A stretch of DNA of 64,000 bases from Rebecca billardiae RCC1528 (Eukaryota; Protista; Haptophyta): assembly GCA_965240325.2 (NCBI GenBank), contig OZ251222.1, positions 4,774,001-4,838,000 of the forward strand, read 5' to 3'. Below are positions 1 to 12,400 of this stretch, in pieces. Both the position numbers and the translations under genes were made by a program. Below the pieces are notes generated by a model. The model made no database searches. It saw only the letters and a list, made by a program, of their open reading frames with translations, and had not been told where the DNA came from. Positions within the stretch are counted from its first letter, which is position 1. The number at the start of each line of letters is the position of its first letter.

Positions 1-173
1 CCCGAACGACGGGCACTGTCCCAACGCATGTGACTCGCCGCCCGCGCCACTGCAGCTGCGAGCACGTTGCAGCTGCGAGAGCACGTTGCAGCGCAGCGCC
101 GGCGCCGCCCACAACGCCCACGGACTGCGATCCGCGCAGCATCCACCGCATCCAGCATGTTGACAGCCAGGCC

Positions 174-626
174 TCATCGCGGAGGGCCCCGGCCTCGCCC
201 ACGTCCCCTGCCGCGCCCCCTTCCGCGCCCGAGCTTGGGGGCAGACGCCTCGCGCTTCTGCTTGGGCCGCGGAGTGTCGTCGAGCAGCAGTGTTTCCAGG
301 TTGAGTGAATCGGGGAGGAGGAAATAGCGCACATTGCTGCCGCGGATGCTGAGCGCGTCCATGTTGACAGGGTTCTTGCCCTTGACCGTCACCTTAACGG
401 CCTTCATGTGGGTGTTCATGCTCACATCCACGCCCGCAATCGTGCCGTGCACGATCGTGCCGTTCTTGAGCTCGACCGTGACTGTCTGGTTGGTTAGCTT
501 CATCAAGAAGCTGCGCGCGGGCGGAGGTGAGAGGGGCGGGAAGGGGGTGAGCCTCGGGCGCACCGCGCTCGCGCGTCCCCGTGCCACGATGCCCACGTGC
601 TGCGGCACGCACCGGACGAGCTTCAT
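174..626 (-). CDS. SNRPD1: Small nuclear ribonucleoprotein Sm D1 (2 exons: 626-613, 510-174)
   Basis: Splicing a GT-AG intron at 511-612 gives [23 protein letters not shown]...[19 protein letters not shown] with a C-terminal GR repeat tail, the canonical SmD1 sequence. Confidence 0.96.
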   Translation of the reverse strand: MKLVRCVPQHVGIVARGRASAVRPRLTPFPPLSPPPARSFLMKLTNQTVTVELKNGTIVHGTIAGVDVSMNTHMKAVKVTVKGKNPVNMDALSIRGSNVRYFLLPDSLNLETLLLDDTPRPKQKREASAPKLGRGRGRGRGRGRGRGPPR

Positions 627-898
627 GGCGAGCAGCCGCGCTCGCTCGGCAGGATCGAGCACGACGCTGCTCACGATGGCGGCGCGGCGCGCGTCGACAC
701 TCCATCTGAAGAAAAGGAAATGCGCGGCAAATCGCGCGTCCGAATAATTCCGCGCAACTTTTTCTGCGTACAAATATATTCGATCGCGTCGCGTGCTGCT
801 AGCCAACTCGGGCAACTGGCTGCTAAGTGCTAGCTCGAGCACCATTGGCGCACAGCTTGCAGCTGCCGACTGATCAATTGATGAGCTCATCGTGGAGC

Positions 899-3800
899 CT
901 ACGACGGAGCAGCTGCTGAATCTTCGCTGCACTCCACCATGCGCGCGCGGATGAGTTCGGCCAGTTCCGCCATGCCGTCCATGTTCTTGTCTACGCAGGC
1001 GTTCAGCCCAGCGGCCTCAAACTCGCGACGGTCGTCGCAGCCCGAAGGGTCGCCCGTCACGCCAATGATCATGCCGGAGTAGCCGTTGCTGCGTAGCTTG
1101 CGCGTCGCGGCCGCTCCGGACATCAGAGGCATCCTGGGCAGGGGTGAACGCGGCGGTGACCGATGAGTTGGGCGGGCGGAGGATGGGAGCGCCCATCCAT
1201 GTGTGGGGACGCACCATCCGTGTGGCGGCCCGTTCTCCCTCCATGGGCATGGCACGGGCGTGCGCAAAGGCCGCGCGCGCGCGGCGGTCGCGGTCGCGCG
1301 CGCGCTCACTGGTTGTCCATGACGATCACGTCGTACCGCTGGCCGGCGCTGACGGCCTCGACGGCGGCCGCCCCGTCGTCCACCTGGTCGTAGGGCAGAC
1401 CCAGCACATCGAACGTCTGCAGCGGCATGGTGAGCCGCACGAAGTGGTCGTCCTCGGCGTGGAGGCAGCGGAAGCCTGGCGGCACCGCGGTGGCAGGCGC
1501 GGCCTCCGCGGGGATGCGCGCTCCGCCGTGGCCAGAGGAGTCGGGAGTTTCGAAGTTGGAGGAGGAATCCTTGCTGCCGCCCCCGGCAGACTCGAACGGG
1601 TGCACGTCCGCGCTGCCGGAGCCGGGGGGCACGTTGAGCTTGCGCGACGCGCTGTCCGATCCAGCGCGCGAGCTCGGGGCGTGGGGCGAGGGGAGAGGCT
1701 CAGAACTGTGCTTGCTCGGGGACGCGGGCGGTGGCCGTGCGATGCGGCAGCGGATGCGCATCTCGAAGATCGTGCCGTGGCCGTGCCCATCCGAGCGGAT
1801 CTCGAGCTCCGAGTCGCTGTGCAGCGAGAGGATTTGCCTCACGATCGTGAGCCCCAGCCCAGTGCCTCCGTTGCCCTGCATCTGCCCGCGGCCCACCTGC
1901 GGGCGAAGGGGCGCGGGCGCGCACGGGCCAGGCAGGGCGAGGCAGCGGGCGGCCACGTCATGCCAACGCGTGGCGTGTCGCGCGCGGAGAAAAAGGGCGC
2001 TCGAGGCGCGCCGCGCGCACCTGCGTGAACATGACGTTGCTGTTGAGCAGGCGCAGCTCCTCCTGGTCCAACCCAATGCCCTCGTCCTGGATCTCGACGA
2101 CGAGCTGCACCCACTCGCCTGCGCCCGCCATGTGAGCCAGCTGGCAGCACCCCTTCGCTGGCTCCGACGCTGGCTCCGACGCTGGCTCCGACGCTGGCTC
2201 GGACGGCTCGGGCGCGCGTGCGGCCTCCGTGCGCTCGGAGGGGACGGTTGGTGGGTGGCAGCGGGCCGGCGAGCGCGTCGGCGTGTTCGGGTCTTGCACG
2301 GCGGGGTGGACGACGGAGAGCGCGGGCGAGTCCGGGGGGCGCAGCCGGCGCATCACTCGCGCGTGCGTCGAGCCCTGCTCGCCGAGCCGCGAGCCAAGGC
2401 TCGACCGATACGGCGCTGAATTGCGCGCCGAAGGATGTGGCTCGGCCGCGGCTGCGGCTGCGGCCTCGGCGACCGCACGGCACGGGGTGCCGTTCTCGGC
2501 CCGCACGCGCACGTGCACACTCTGCCCGCGCTCCGAGAACTTGAGCGCGTTGCTCAGCCCGTTGTTCAGGCACTGCTGCAGACGCCGGATGTCGCCGAGC
2601 AGCAGCGCGTGCGCGTACTCGCCTGTCGGCTCGGCCGCGACCGCCAACCGGATGCCTTTCGAGACCGCGGGCTCCGTGAACGTCGCGAGGGCGGCGGAGA
2701 GCACCTCCGACGCGCGGAACTGCGCCATCACCAGATTCAGCTTCCCTGCCTCGATCCGCTCGAAGTCGAGCATGTCGCTGACGATGTTCTCCATGAGCGA
2801 GGCGCACATCATCTGGCTGCGGATGAGCTGCGCGACGCTCTCGAGCGACGTGCCCGGCGGCAGCTGGAGGAGGCGCTTGGCCACCGCGCCGACGGAGACG
2901 AGCGGCGAGCGCAGGTCGTGCATCACCTGCATCACGCGCGCCGCGCGGATGGACGTCAGACTGCGGCGCGGCACCGGGCGCGCGCGCGCAGGGGGGCGGA
3001 GAGCGCGAGCGCATGGCGCGTGCGCGCGCGCACAGTCCGAATGAGCCGCGAGCGCGCCGTCGACGCAGCGGCCGCCTCCTTGCCCACGAGGAGCTTCTCC
3101 GCCTCGAGGCGCTCGACGCGTGCGCGGCGGTCGTACGTGGCGCGCACGCTCGAGATCACGATGAAGCCCATGCCGAGCCCGCCGACCAGCGTGAAGAGGC
3201 CGATCAGCGCGAGCTGCTGCACAAAGTCGGAGGAGACCAGCGGCCAGCCGTCGCGCGGGGCGATCGCCAACGTCCAGGCCTCGCCGAACTCGGGCAGGAC
3301 GATGCGGGCCTCGATGGCGTCGGCCATCCAACGGTCCGCGGGGGCGTTGGGCGAGTGCGCGAAGATGCCCTCCGACTCGTTCAGCCCCGGGTTCCACACG
3401 TCCTCGCGCAGCTGCCACACAAAGTGGCGCAGGTTGCCCACCACGTGCGTGCCGTTCTCGAGCCGCTCGATGTTGAGCGGGTCAAGGAGGTCGTCGATGT
3501 ACGCGAGCGCCTGCGAGAAGCCCCAGAAGAAGGTGGGCTCGCCGTCCTCGGTGTCGGGGCCGGGAAACCGACAGTTGTCGTCGCGCTGCTCCGGCGAGCA
3601 GTCCACTGTGTTGTTGGCGTCGCGCGCATCGTTGTAGTAGGGCAGAAGCGGGAGGTACTCGGGGGAGTCTGTCGAGAAGAGCGGGTGGCGGACGACCATG
3701 CCGATGCCGCCCTGGAGGAGCTCGAGCGGCCCGACGATGGTGGCGCTCTGCTCCGGGAAGTTCCGAATGGTGTCGACGGCGCCCGGCCGGCGCACCGAGT

Positions 3801-4305
3801 CCACGAGCAGCGAGTAGCCGAGGGCGGGGCGGTCACGATCGGTGAGCGGATGGATGAAGGTGATCACGCCGCCTGGCGCGAGCTGGATCACAGAGATCCC
3901 GCGATGCGACTCGATGAGCTTGTGCGCGATCGTGTCGAAGGCGGCCGAGGAGTTGCCACTCGATTCGTAGAACACCTGCGCCACCGCGCCCATCGACCAC
4001 GACGCGCTGGCAGCCGTGAAAATGCGGTAGCGCAGCTCGTCGGCGTACGACTGCGCCAGCACACGCACGCCGTCGATGAGTCGGGCGTGGCGCGCGATCT
4101 CGGATTCGGCGATCCACCACGAGCCGAGCGCGACGATCGTCAGCGTGAGCGCGAATGCCGAGATGGCCCGCAGGTCAAAGTACCAACGCGCGGGCGTGGG
4201 CAGGGCTAAGTTCCGCGGCGTGGGCCGAGCAGATGCAATGTCCTCGCCCTCTGCCTCCGGGGCATCGGCCACAGGCGCGGCTGCGAGCCTGCGGCGCGAG
4301 AACAT
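899..4305 (-). CDS. Membrane hybrid histidine kinase: TM-CHASE-TM-HisKA-HATPase-REC (predicted introns 2927-3033, 1897-2020, 1134-1309)
   Basis: CHASE-like motifs ([34 protein letters not shown]) lie between two TM helices. H-box [10 protein letters not shown]-box [21 protein letters not shown]1 DEGIG, G2 GGTGLGL. Receiver has AEDD...VIVMDNQMP...VTG...DK. The GT-AG introns restore the frame at each junction. Confidence 0.9.
2157..2200. repeat. 12-bp tandem repeat (cgctggctccga, ~3.5 copies) encoding ASEP repeats in the HATPase insert
   Basis: Directly visible tandem copies. Confidence 0.8.
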
Positions 4306-4567
4306 CGTCGCACGCAGTCCAGGACGTTCCCAACTGGTCGTATAATACTTTTCAATCGAACCGTCATTTTACCCGGACGCGCGCCCGGGGAATTATAAAC
4401 AGTCAGACCGTCTGACGAATAATCATCGATTAATCGGCCCTTCATCAATACCAACCGACGAATCAGGACTCATGCAGGAGACAGAACGGTCTGACTCTCA
4501 GAATTCTCGCCGACGCGCGCGCCGGGCCGCGATGCTAAAAGCGATGCCGGCCGCGTGAGGCGACCTG

Positions 4568-5605
4568 ATGGCCGGGCTGGATGTGCTCGGCAGGGCGGCG
4601 TGCATCCTCCAGTACGTCGTGCTCTCCGTGGTGCTCATCCTCTTCAACAAGTGGCAGCTCAAGCACGGTGGCTTCCCGCTGCCGCTCTGCCTCGTCACGC
4701 TGCACATGGCGCAGGGCTCGCTCATGGCACTCGCGCTGCGGCTGCTCGGCTGGGTGGAGGCGTCGCTCCCGTGGGACGCGTACGTGAGCCTCGTCCTTCC
4801 CATCGGCTTCCTGTTCGCCGGCGCCGTGTGCTCCGGCACCGTCGCCTTCCTGTACCTGTCGGTGCCGTTCATCCAGATGATCAAGGCGTGGACGCCCGCG
4901 GTCGTGCTCATGCTCTCGTTCGCGGTGGGCCTCGAGTCGCCGTCCCCGCAGCTCGCGCTGATCATCCTCGTCACGAGCGGCGGCGTCGCGCTCACCGTGT
5001 ACGGCGAGCTCGAGTTCGTGCTCGTCGGCTTCCTCGTGATGGCCGCGTCCGACTGCATCGAGGCGCTGCGGCTCGTGCTGGTCGAGCTGCTGTACGCGCG
5101 CCGCTCTGAGCGGCTGAGCGGGCTGTCGGGCGTGTACTTCCTGTCGCCCGTGTGCTTCGCGTGCGCCGCGCCCGTCGCGCTGTACTTCGAGGGCGACGAG
5201 CTGCGCACCGTCATCCGGCAGCGCGGCTGCAGCCCCGCGCTGCTGCTGCTGAACGGCGTGTGCGCGTTTGCGCTCAACATCTCGAGCCTCGTGCTCATCA
5301 AGAAGACGTCGGCGCTCACGCTCCGGGTGGTGGGCGTGCTCAAGGACTGGATTGTGATCGTGGTGAGCGCGTGGGCCTTCCACACCGACGTCCAGCCGAC
5401 GCAGTGGCTCGGCTACGGGATTGCGTTTGTCGGCGTCGGGCTCTACTCGCGCTTCAAATACACGCAGACTCTGGCCGCGCAGGAGGCGGCTGCCAACGGC
5501 GCCGAGGGCGAGGCTCGCCCGCTCCTGAGCGCCACGCCGACGCTCGGCCGACGCAGCGATCTGTCGAGTGGAGCAGGCTCCGAGGCGGTGCCGAGCGAGC
5601 GCTGA
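4568..5605 (+). CDS. Triose-phosphate/nucleotide-sugar transporter (TPT/DMT family)
   Basis: Multi-TM ORF with ILFNKW, FPLPL, YLSVPFIQMIKA and KKTSALTLRVVGVLKD motifs. Confidence 0.9.
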   Translation: MAGLDVLGRAACILQYVVLSVVLILFNKWQLKHGGFPLPLCLVTLHMAQGSLMALALRLLGWVEASLPWDAYVSLVLPIGFLFAGAVCSGTVAFLYLSVPFIQMIKAWTPAVVLMLSFAVGLESPSPQLALIILVTSGGVALTVYGELEFVLVGFLVMAASDCIEALRLVLVELLYARRSERLSGLSGVYFLSPVCFACAAPVALYFEGDELRTVIRQRGCSPALLLLNGVCAFALNISSLVLIKKTSALTLRVVGVLKDWIVIVVSAWAFHTDVQPTQWLGYGIAFVGVGLYSRFKYTQTLAAQEAAANGAEGEARPLLSATPTLGRRSDLSSGAGSEAVPSER

Positions 5606-6071
5606 TGGCACGATGCGTTCATCACCCAATCGTCACATCGACCTGTGGATTTTCGTGTACTGGCCGGTGCAGCACAGCAGTGGTGCGGGTGCTGTAGTGC
5701 ACCCCGGCGTGTGCGCGGCGGACCGCCCGTCTCCTGCGGGCTGCACTCGCTGCAGCAGGCGGCTCATGCATGATGACGACACATATATCATCGACATCAT
5801 GTCGATATCGTCGTCATCGTCATCATATTATCAGCGCATGCAGTCTGCGCGCGCCTTAGATCCGTCGGTTCAGCCAGTGTGCCCAGTGTCGCGCGGGCCC
5901 GCGGGCTAATAAATCGAATAATAATAATAAGCATGCAGTGCCGCAATAATAACATGCGCATACAGCCAATATATATATATATATATTAATTATAATAATA
6001 ACCGTTCACAGTACGTAGCCGTCGTCTGCACTGACACTCGTGATGCCAGCACTCGTGAGTGATGGCGTCGT

Positions 6072-6809
6072 TGACAAACCGGTTGAATGAAAACCCGTTT
6101 GCCGACTGAGCTAAATCGGTTCGCGCGAGCCAATTTAGCTCAGTCGGCAAACGGGTTTTCAACCGGTTTGTCATGACTAGGAAGTCGCCTGTTCGAATCC
6201 CACTACCGACGTGCAACAAAAAGTTCTTACACTCTCCGGCTCCCCGCGAGAGCCTTACGGCCCGGGGGGGAAAGACGAGCCGGAGACGACGAAAGAATCG
6301 AACAGAAACCGGACAACGACCCACCGCCGACAGAAGACAAGCACGGTTCCACGAGAAGCGCAGCCCCCGGGTACAGTCACCCCCGGGTCAACAACGATGA
6401 CACAACGAGCCTCAAGAAGCCACAGCCGCAGAAGGGCTCACCGCCCACACACACCGACAGAGGCGGCCGGAGCCTCTACGAAGCTGCCACATTGACATCG
6501 CGCAGACGAGCACGCAAGGGCGGGACACCCGGGACAGACCGGGCGGGGAAGGAACAACCTCGTCAACAAATCCGTATAGTCGGTAGACTGGGACGGACTA
6601 CTTAACTCACTACAGCCCCTCGCGGGGTGTCCCCAGGTGACTTACGGTTATGACAAACCGGTTGAAAACCCGTGCAAAAAGCAGCCGACTGAGCGCTCAA
6701 ATCGGCTCGCGCGAGCCGATTTAGCTCAGTCGGCAAGGCCGAAGGCGGGTTTTCAACGCGAGCAGCCGATTTAGCTCAGTCAGCAAACGGGTTTTCATCC
6801 GGTTTGTCA
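6072..6809. mobile_element. Non-autonomous element with TG...CA ends, 5-bp TSD (GTCGT) and palindromic terminal repeats
   Basis: GTCGT occurs at 6067-6071 and 6810-6814. Terminal blocks 6072-6173 and 6651-6809 each start TGACAAACCGG, end CCGGTTTGTCA and are self-complementary. Confidence 0.7.
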
Positions 6810-7156
6810 GTCGTCATGATGCATAATCCGTATTATCTAAGTCGCTGTCGTAGCGCCTAGCGCCCTAGGCCCTAGCGGTACTGGCACCGACCGGCCGGAG
6901 TACTGTCTGTCATGCAGCGCAGCGCCACTGAACGCGCGACACTATAGCTGGCACCACCTGACCACGGGCACGCCGCACGGCAGACGACCGAGTCAGCCGA
7001 CAGCGCCCGCGGTCGACCCCGGCGGCGCCTGATGCGGCCCCGGAGCGCGGCGCGCGCGCTGTCTGTGATCCGTACCTCACGTACATGTCGTAAATCCACC
7101 GAGCGCAGGCCGCGATGCCCACCTGCAGCCGTGCACGCGCCTCTCCGCCGTCACCG

Positions 7157-8254
7157 CTATCTGTGGTCCGCGTTCATGATGTGCACGGGCACGCCCCTCT
7201 GCACCAGCGCGTACGGAGCGAACGTGCCGCCTGTGGGCGATGGCTCTGCCGCCTCAGCCGCGGTGGCGTGGTGCCGCTTCGGGATCTTGCGCTGCACCGG
7301 GCACTGCCCGCCCAGCGAGCAGAAGAGGACGGCGCGCCACAGCCGCTCCTGGTACTGCGCGGCCATATCGCCAGTGGGGCCCGTCCGCTCAAGCTGCACG
7401 AGCACGCGCTCGTACGCTGCGCGGCCGCGCGCGCGCAGCAGCTGGCTGCCGGCCGCAAACGTGCCGCCCATCTGCCACTTGCACGCGTGCAGCACGCGCG
7501 GCGGCACGCCCCAGTGCGCGCACGCCCACGCGATGAGCGAGGGCGGCGCGGCGTCGGCGAGCGGCACGCCGGGGCCCTGCCGGTTGCGCTGCAGCGCACA
7601 CTCGTGCTGCGCCTCGCACTCGCAGCGCGTGTCGCACGGCATGTACGGCCGCAGGCTGCAGCGGTACTCGGAGGCGCAGTACGCGCGCCGGTCGTCCTCG
7701 CAGCCGGCGGAGCTCGCCGTGAGGTTGGGCGCGATGGTGGCGGGCAGCAGCGCGTCCTTGATGCCGAAGATGCGGCGGCGAGCGCGCTGCATGAAGATGC
7801 CGTGCGCGTCCGTCCAGAACGTCGAGAGCGACGCCGTCCGCTGCGAGGCCAGCTCGGCGATGTCGTCGACCGCCCACTCGAGCACGCGCGCCGCGTACGT
7901 GCCGGCGCCCGTGTCCTTGTTGGTGATGGCGGCGTTGATGAAGAGCGTCAGGTCGGCGAGCGAGTCGTACCGCCGGATGATGTGCGTCAGGTGCGTGTGC
8001 GCCTCGCGCCCGTGGTTCGGGAGGCGCACGTTGCACACGGCGCGCTCCGCGCACTTGCAGTAGTACGTCGTGCGCACCTGCCCAAAGCCCTTCGCGCGGA
8101 GCGCCTGCTCCTTCGAGGCGATGGTCTCGAGGACCGCGTCGCTCTCGTCGCAGAGGGCCACCACCAGTTCGATCGACTGCCGGGTCACCGCCTGCTGCTG
8201 CCCGCTCGTCGCGAGCGGGACCAGAGCCAGCAGCAGCGCCCTGAGTGGCACCAT
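7157..8254 (-). CDS. Secreted DUF3431-family protein
   Basis: Signal peptide MVPLRALLLALVPLA, family motif LPNHGREAHTHLTHIIRRYDSLADLTLF, and ERLW near the C-terminus. Confidence 0.75.
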   Translation of the reverse strand: MVPLRALLLALVPLATSGQQQAVTRQSIELVVALCDESDAVLETIASKEQALRAKGFGQVRTTYYCKCAERAVCNVRLPNHGREAHTHLTHIIRRYDSLADLTLFINAAITNKDTGAGTYAARVLEWAVDDIAELASQRTASLSTFWTDAHGIFMQRARRRIFGIKDALLPATIAPNLTASSAGCEDDRRAYCASEYRCSLRPYMPCDTRCECEAQHECALQRNRQGPGVPLADAAPPSLIAWACAHWGVPPRVLHACKWQMGGTFAAGSQLLRARGRAAYERVLVQLERTGPTGDMAAQYQERLWRAVLFCSLGGQCPVQRKIPKRHHATAAEAAEPSPTGGTFAPYALVQRGVPVHIMNADHR

Positions 8255-9413
8255 CGTGACTCGTGTGCGCAGCGAGAAGGGCAAACCCGCCGCACTGGCA
8301 AGGGTCTGCGCTGCCGGCCCGGCACCTCGCCGAGAAGGCCGCGGGCGTCGCGTTTCGCTCGGGGCTCGGAGGCCAGCGCGAGTCGGTGGGGGGACCGACC
8401 GATACGGGGCACGCGTCGGGCGGGCAGGCCGGGCGCATCGGCATTCTGAACTGCCCGCCGATCGTCTCGCTCCGCCGCTTCTACTCGTAGCGCTCACGAG
8501 CTCGCTCATTGCGCACGGGAGGTCGGGCCCAGCCAGGCGCGCGCATGGCTTCCACGTGCGGGGCCGGGCATGTACGCGCGCGCGCGCGCGCCGAAGCCGT
8601 TCGGCCAGAGAGCCAGTTTCTTGCCCAAGCCGAGTGTACACGTGAAAACAGAACGGTGCCGGGCCGCCAGTGCGCCGTCTGCAGCTCGCGGGCTCACAGA
8701 GGCCTGCACGTTTCACACTGGCCCACGGGCACGGCTCGAGCGTGTCGCGTGAGAGAAGACGCGATGAGCTCATCCGCGGGTGGGTTAGCAGGCTGAGGCA
8801 TGCGCTTCAATTGCCCAATGGCATGCGTTCGGGACCGTGCTCAACCGAGTCAACGCAGTGGCGGCCGTGGTTGTCCCACCCGGCCACCCAACACATGCTG
8901 CAGGCTGCTGCTGGTCTGCTGGTATCTTCAGGCCGAACCCCTCGGTAGGCGGTAGTGCTACAGTTTACTAAGAATAAGAGACGCACACAGCCCAGGCAGG
9001 CGAGATAATGACACTGCCGCTTGTGTGTGGTGGGTAGGGGCCGGTAAAATTCTTTTGAAACCGAGCGTTCGGCGACGCCAATTCACTGGATCAATGTATC
9101 GCAATCCCACCAACAATTCCCCCCTCCCGCGGCTCCGCAGATATCAGAGAGCAGGCCTGTGTGTGACGTCGAAAAAGCTGCTATGATCTGCGCAGGAGCT
9201 GCGGTAGTCGGGTAGGATCTCCAATAAATCATTGCGCAGTAACTTAGCTCCGATCTCGCGAGAGATCGTGGATTCCTTACTGTATAATTGGATCACACTC
9301 CGTGACTTTGCAAACGCGACCTGCACACAAGCAGCCAACCTGGACCACCCAACCACATCGGCCCCGGCCAAATCGCGCACGCGCAGTGAACCAGCCTGAT
9401 CGTCGACGGCGAG

Positions 9414-12400
9414 ATGGGCTTCCTCAGCACCAGCCGGGATCCGCAGGCGCTCCTCCCGAACGGCGTGGACAAGGCGACCGTCCTCGACTCGAGCCCCACC
9501 AGCCGTACCATCGTCGCCTGCTGCATCTGCTTCTACGTGATTGCCGTCGCGACGGCGTTCCTCACGCTCGGCGACTCGACCGAGCACCTCCTCCCGGCCG
9601 AGCAGTACGCCGCGCAGTGCGCGGGCACTGTGCTCGCCGCGTCTGTCGTTCTGCGCACTATCCACCTCCACTTCCAGCGCGGCTCGAAGACGACCACCGC
9701 CGACATCGCCATGCTCGCGACGAACGCGATCGCTGCGTCGTCCAACCTGCTGATGGGCACGATCCCCACGCCGATCATCGTCGACAAGGTCACCGGCACG
9801 AGCGAGTACATGATCCGCTGGTGCGAGTGGACGACACTTGCCTTCTTGATGACGTTCATCGTCGAGGGCCTCACGGCCACCTCCCTGGGCGAGGCCCTCT
9901 CGCTCGCGCTGCTGATGGGCGTGAGCGCGGGCTGCGGCCTCGTCTTCCCGTTCTGCGAGGGCGTGTGGGCGTGGGGCTTCGTGATGACCGTCTCCTTTGT
10001 GACGTACTTTGCTCTCTTCCCGCGCTACGCGCGCCGCCGCCGGCTGTACCACGAGGCGGTCGCCTCGTGCATGAGCGCGAGCGACGTCTCGCGCGTCGTC
10101 GCGACCAAGGTGAGCTACTACCTGATGACGTGCTGCACTGTCATGTGGACGCTCATCACGCTCGACTACTGCGTGACGTGGGCGGCAGCGCTCTACCAGG
10201 GGGCAGGCTATGGCCGCGGGCAGACGCGCCCGCAGTGGCCGTTCATCCTCGACTGCGTGCTCGACGTCACCGCCAAGCTACTGTGCGTGCGGGCAGCACG
10301 CGTCCGCGCGAGCTACTGCGCACGCGCGCGCGGGCCATCTGGCAAAGCGCAACGAGCGCGCTCACCCGCCGACCACCCCTGCGGCCCCTGCGATGCCCGC
10401 GCGCCTCGTGATGCCATGCAGGTACGCGCACATCATCTCGACGGGCCACGCGCACGTGCCGCGCGAGGCGGAGCGGCAGCAGGCGCGCTGGATCCGGGAG
10501 GCCATGGACATGGTCTGGTCGGGCTCCCAGGACACGATCGTGCTCTCCGAGCTCCAGGGCGAGGGCACCGCGCGCTCCCTAGCCTCGACCGGCCTGGCGA
10601 AGCTCATCGGCGAAGAGAACGCGCAGAAGTGGTCGTCGTGGCGCACGCAGAGCGTCGTCGTGCAGGCCAACCCCACCGTCGCCCGCCGCCGCTCCCGCAG
10701 CAGCTCGCTCAAGCTGTCCTCCGCCGAGCTCGCGCCGCGGACGCCGTCCATTGACGGCTCGTCTTCCGGCGACGACTCGTCGAACTCGTCCTCTTCCAAC
10801 TCGAGCTCCCCGTGGCGCGAGAGGCGGCAGATCCGGGACATGAAGGTGCACGGCCAGCTCTCCTTCATGCATGCCGCGGTGCACCCGCTCGTTCACTCGC
10901 TCAACCTCGTGGCCTCCAGCCCCTCGGACTCCGGCCGCGCGACCGCCTCCAACCCCACGGACGCGTGCGCTTCCTTTGAGAACCTCATCTCCGAGGCGTG
11001 GGCGTCGTCCTCGCGCGCGGAGGGCCAGACGTGCTCGCTGACGTGGTGCGCGCACTTTGACGACGGCTCGGCCGGCGGGCAGGAGAAGCACTGCGAGATC
11101 CAGGTCACCCAGTGCGAGCGCGAGCTGCACGTCGAGATGCCGCGCGGCTCGCCGCCGATGCGCGAGCGCTTCCTGATCCTCGTCATACGCGACGTGACCG
11201 AGCGCACACGCACGGCCGATCTCGAGAAGCAGCTCATGAACGAGATCGCGGACAAGACGGTGCTCGCCGAGCGCATCGGGCGGAAGAAGGACGAGGAGGC
11301 CAACCGCTTCTCGCGCCACGAGGTGAAGAACTGCGTGCTCGCCGCGATGGCGCAGTGCGAGGCGCTCGTCGAGTGGCACACCAAGACCGCCGAGTCGTTC
11401 GCAGCGGGCGTCGACACGCAGCCGCTGCGCGCGGGGCTCGAGGACCTCAGCTCCAAGCTGCAGCGCACGCTCAACACGGTGCTCGCCGCGGCGATGGCGA
11501 AGGACCTCGCGAACGGCGAGTACAGCCCGAAGCCCGAGTTCACCAAGGTCGAGACGCTGCTGCGCGACAACCTCGCCTCGTGCGGCCGATTCCAGCTGAG
11601 CCTCTCGCCGCGCGCGCTGCCGTCGGTGCTGCTAGACCCGCAGCTGCTCTTCTGCGTGCACCGCAACGCCATCTCGAACGCGGTCAAGTACGGCTGCGCG
11701 ACGAGCCCGATCGAGACCGTCGTCGAGGTCAAGGCGGGCACGCTCACGCTGCGCGTCGTCAACATGCCCGGGCCGAACCACGACAAGCTGCTCGGCGCGC
11801 AGGGCGCGGGCGAGCGCGTGTTTGAGCGTGGGCTGCGGCTGCACGACGTCGACGAGGAGCAGGAGGCGCGCGCGCTGCACACCGAGCGCGTCTCGGCGGG
11901 CGACGGCGGCTGGATCATGCGCCGCTGCGCGCTCGCGCTCGGCGGCGAGTGCACGATCGCGTTCGAGCCGGACAAGACCGTCTTCGAGCTCTCGTGCCCG
12001 GTGCGTACGCGCGAGGAGTACGACGCGACCAAGGCGACGGTCGGGTTTGAGCTGCCGCCCTCGACCGTCTGCATCGGCATCGACGACTCCAAGGTGCAGC
12101 GCACCATCCTCAAGAAGATCTTCTCCGCGGTGGGCGCGAAGCCGGAGCAGACGAGCATCTACGGCGAGTGCGACGAGCATATCGTCAACCTCCCCGCGCT
12201 GCTCGTGCAGGCCGTGCGCGCGCACCCGAGCCAGCGCGTCTTTGTGATCGGCGACGAGAACCTCGACCTGACCGAGGGCTGCGCGTGCACCACCGTCTCG
12301 TGCACGCAGGCGTTCGCGCAGCTCGGCGAGCTGCTGAGCGAGGAGGAGCGGGCGCGCGTGCTGCTCGTAATCCGCTCGGCGAACGACTCGAAGGCCGACG

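Noticed and set aside
6129-6211. Functional tRNA gene
   Set aside because: A and B boxes are present, but the acceptor and T stems do not pair.
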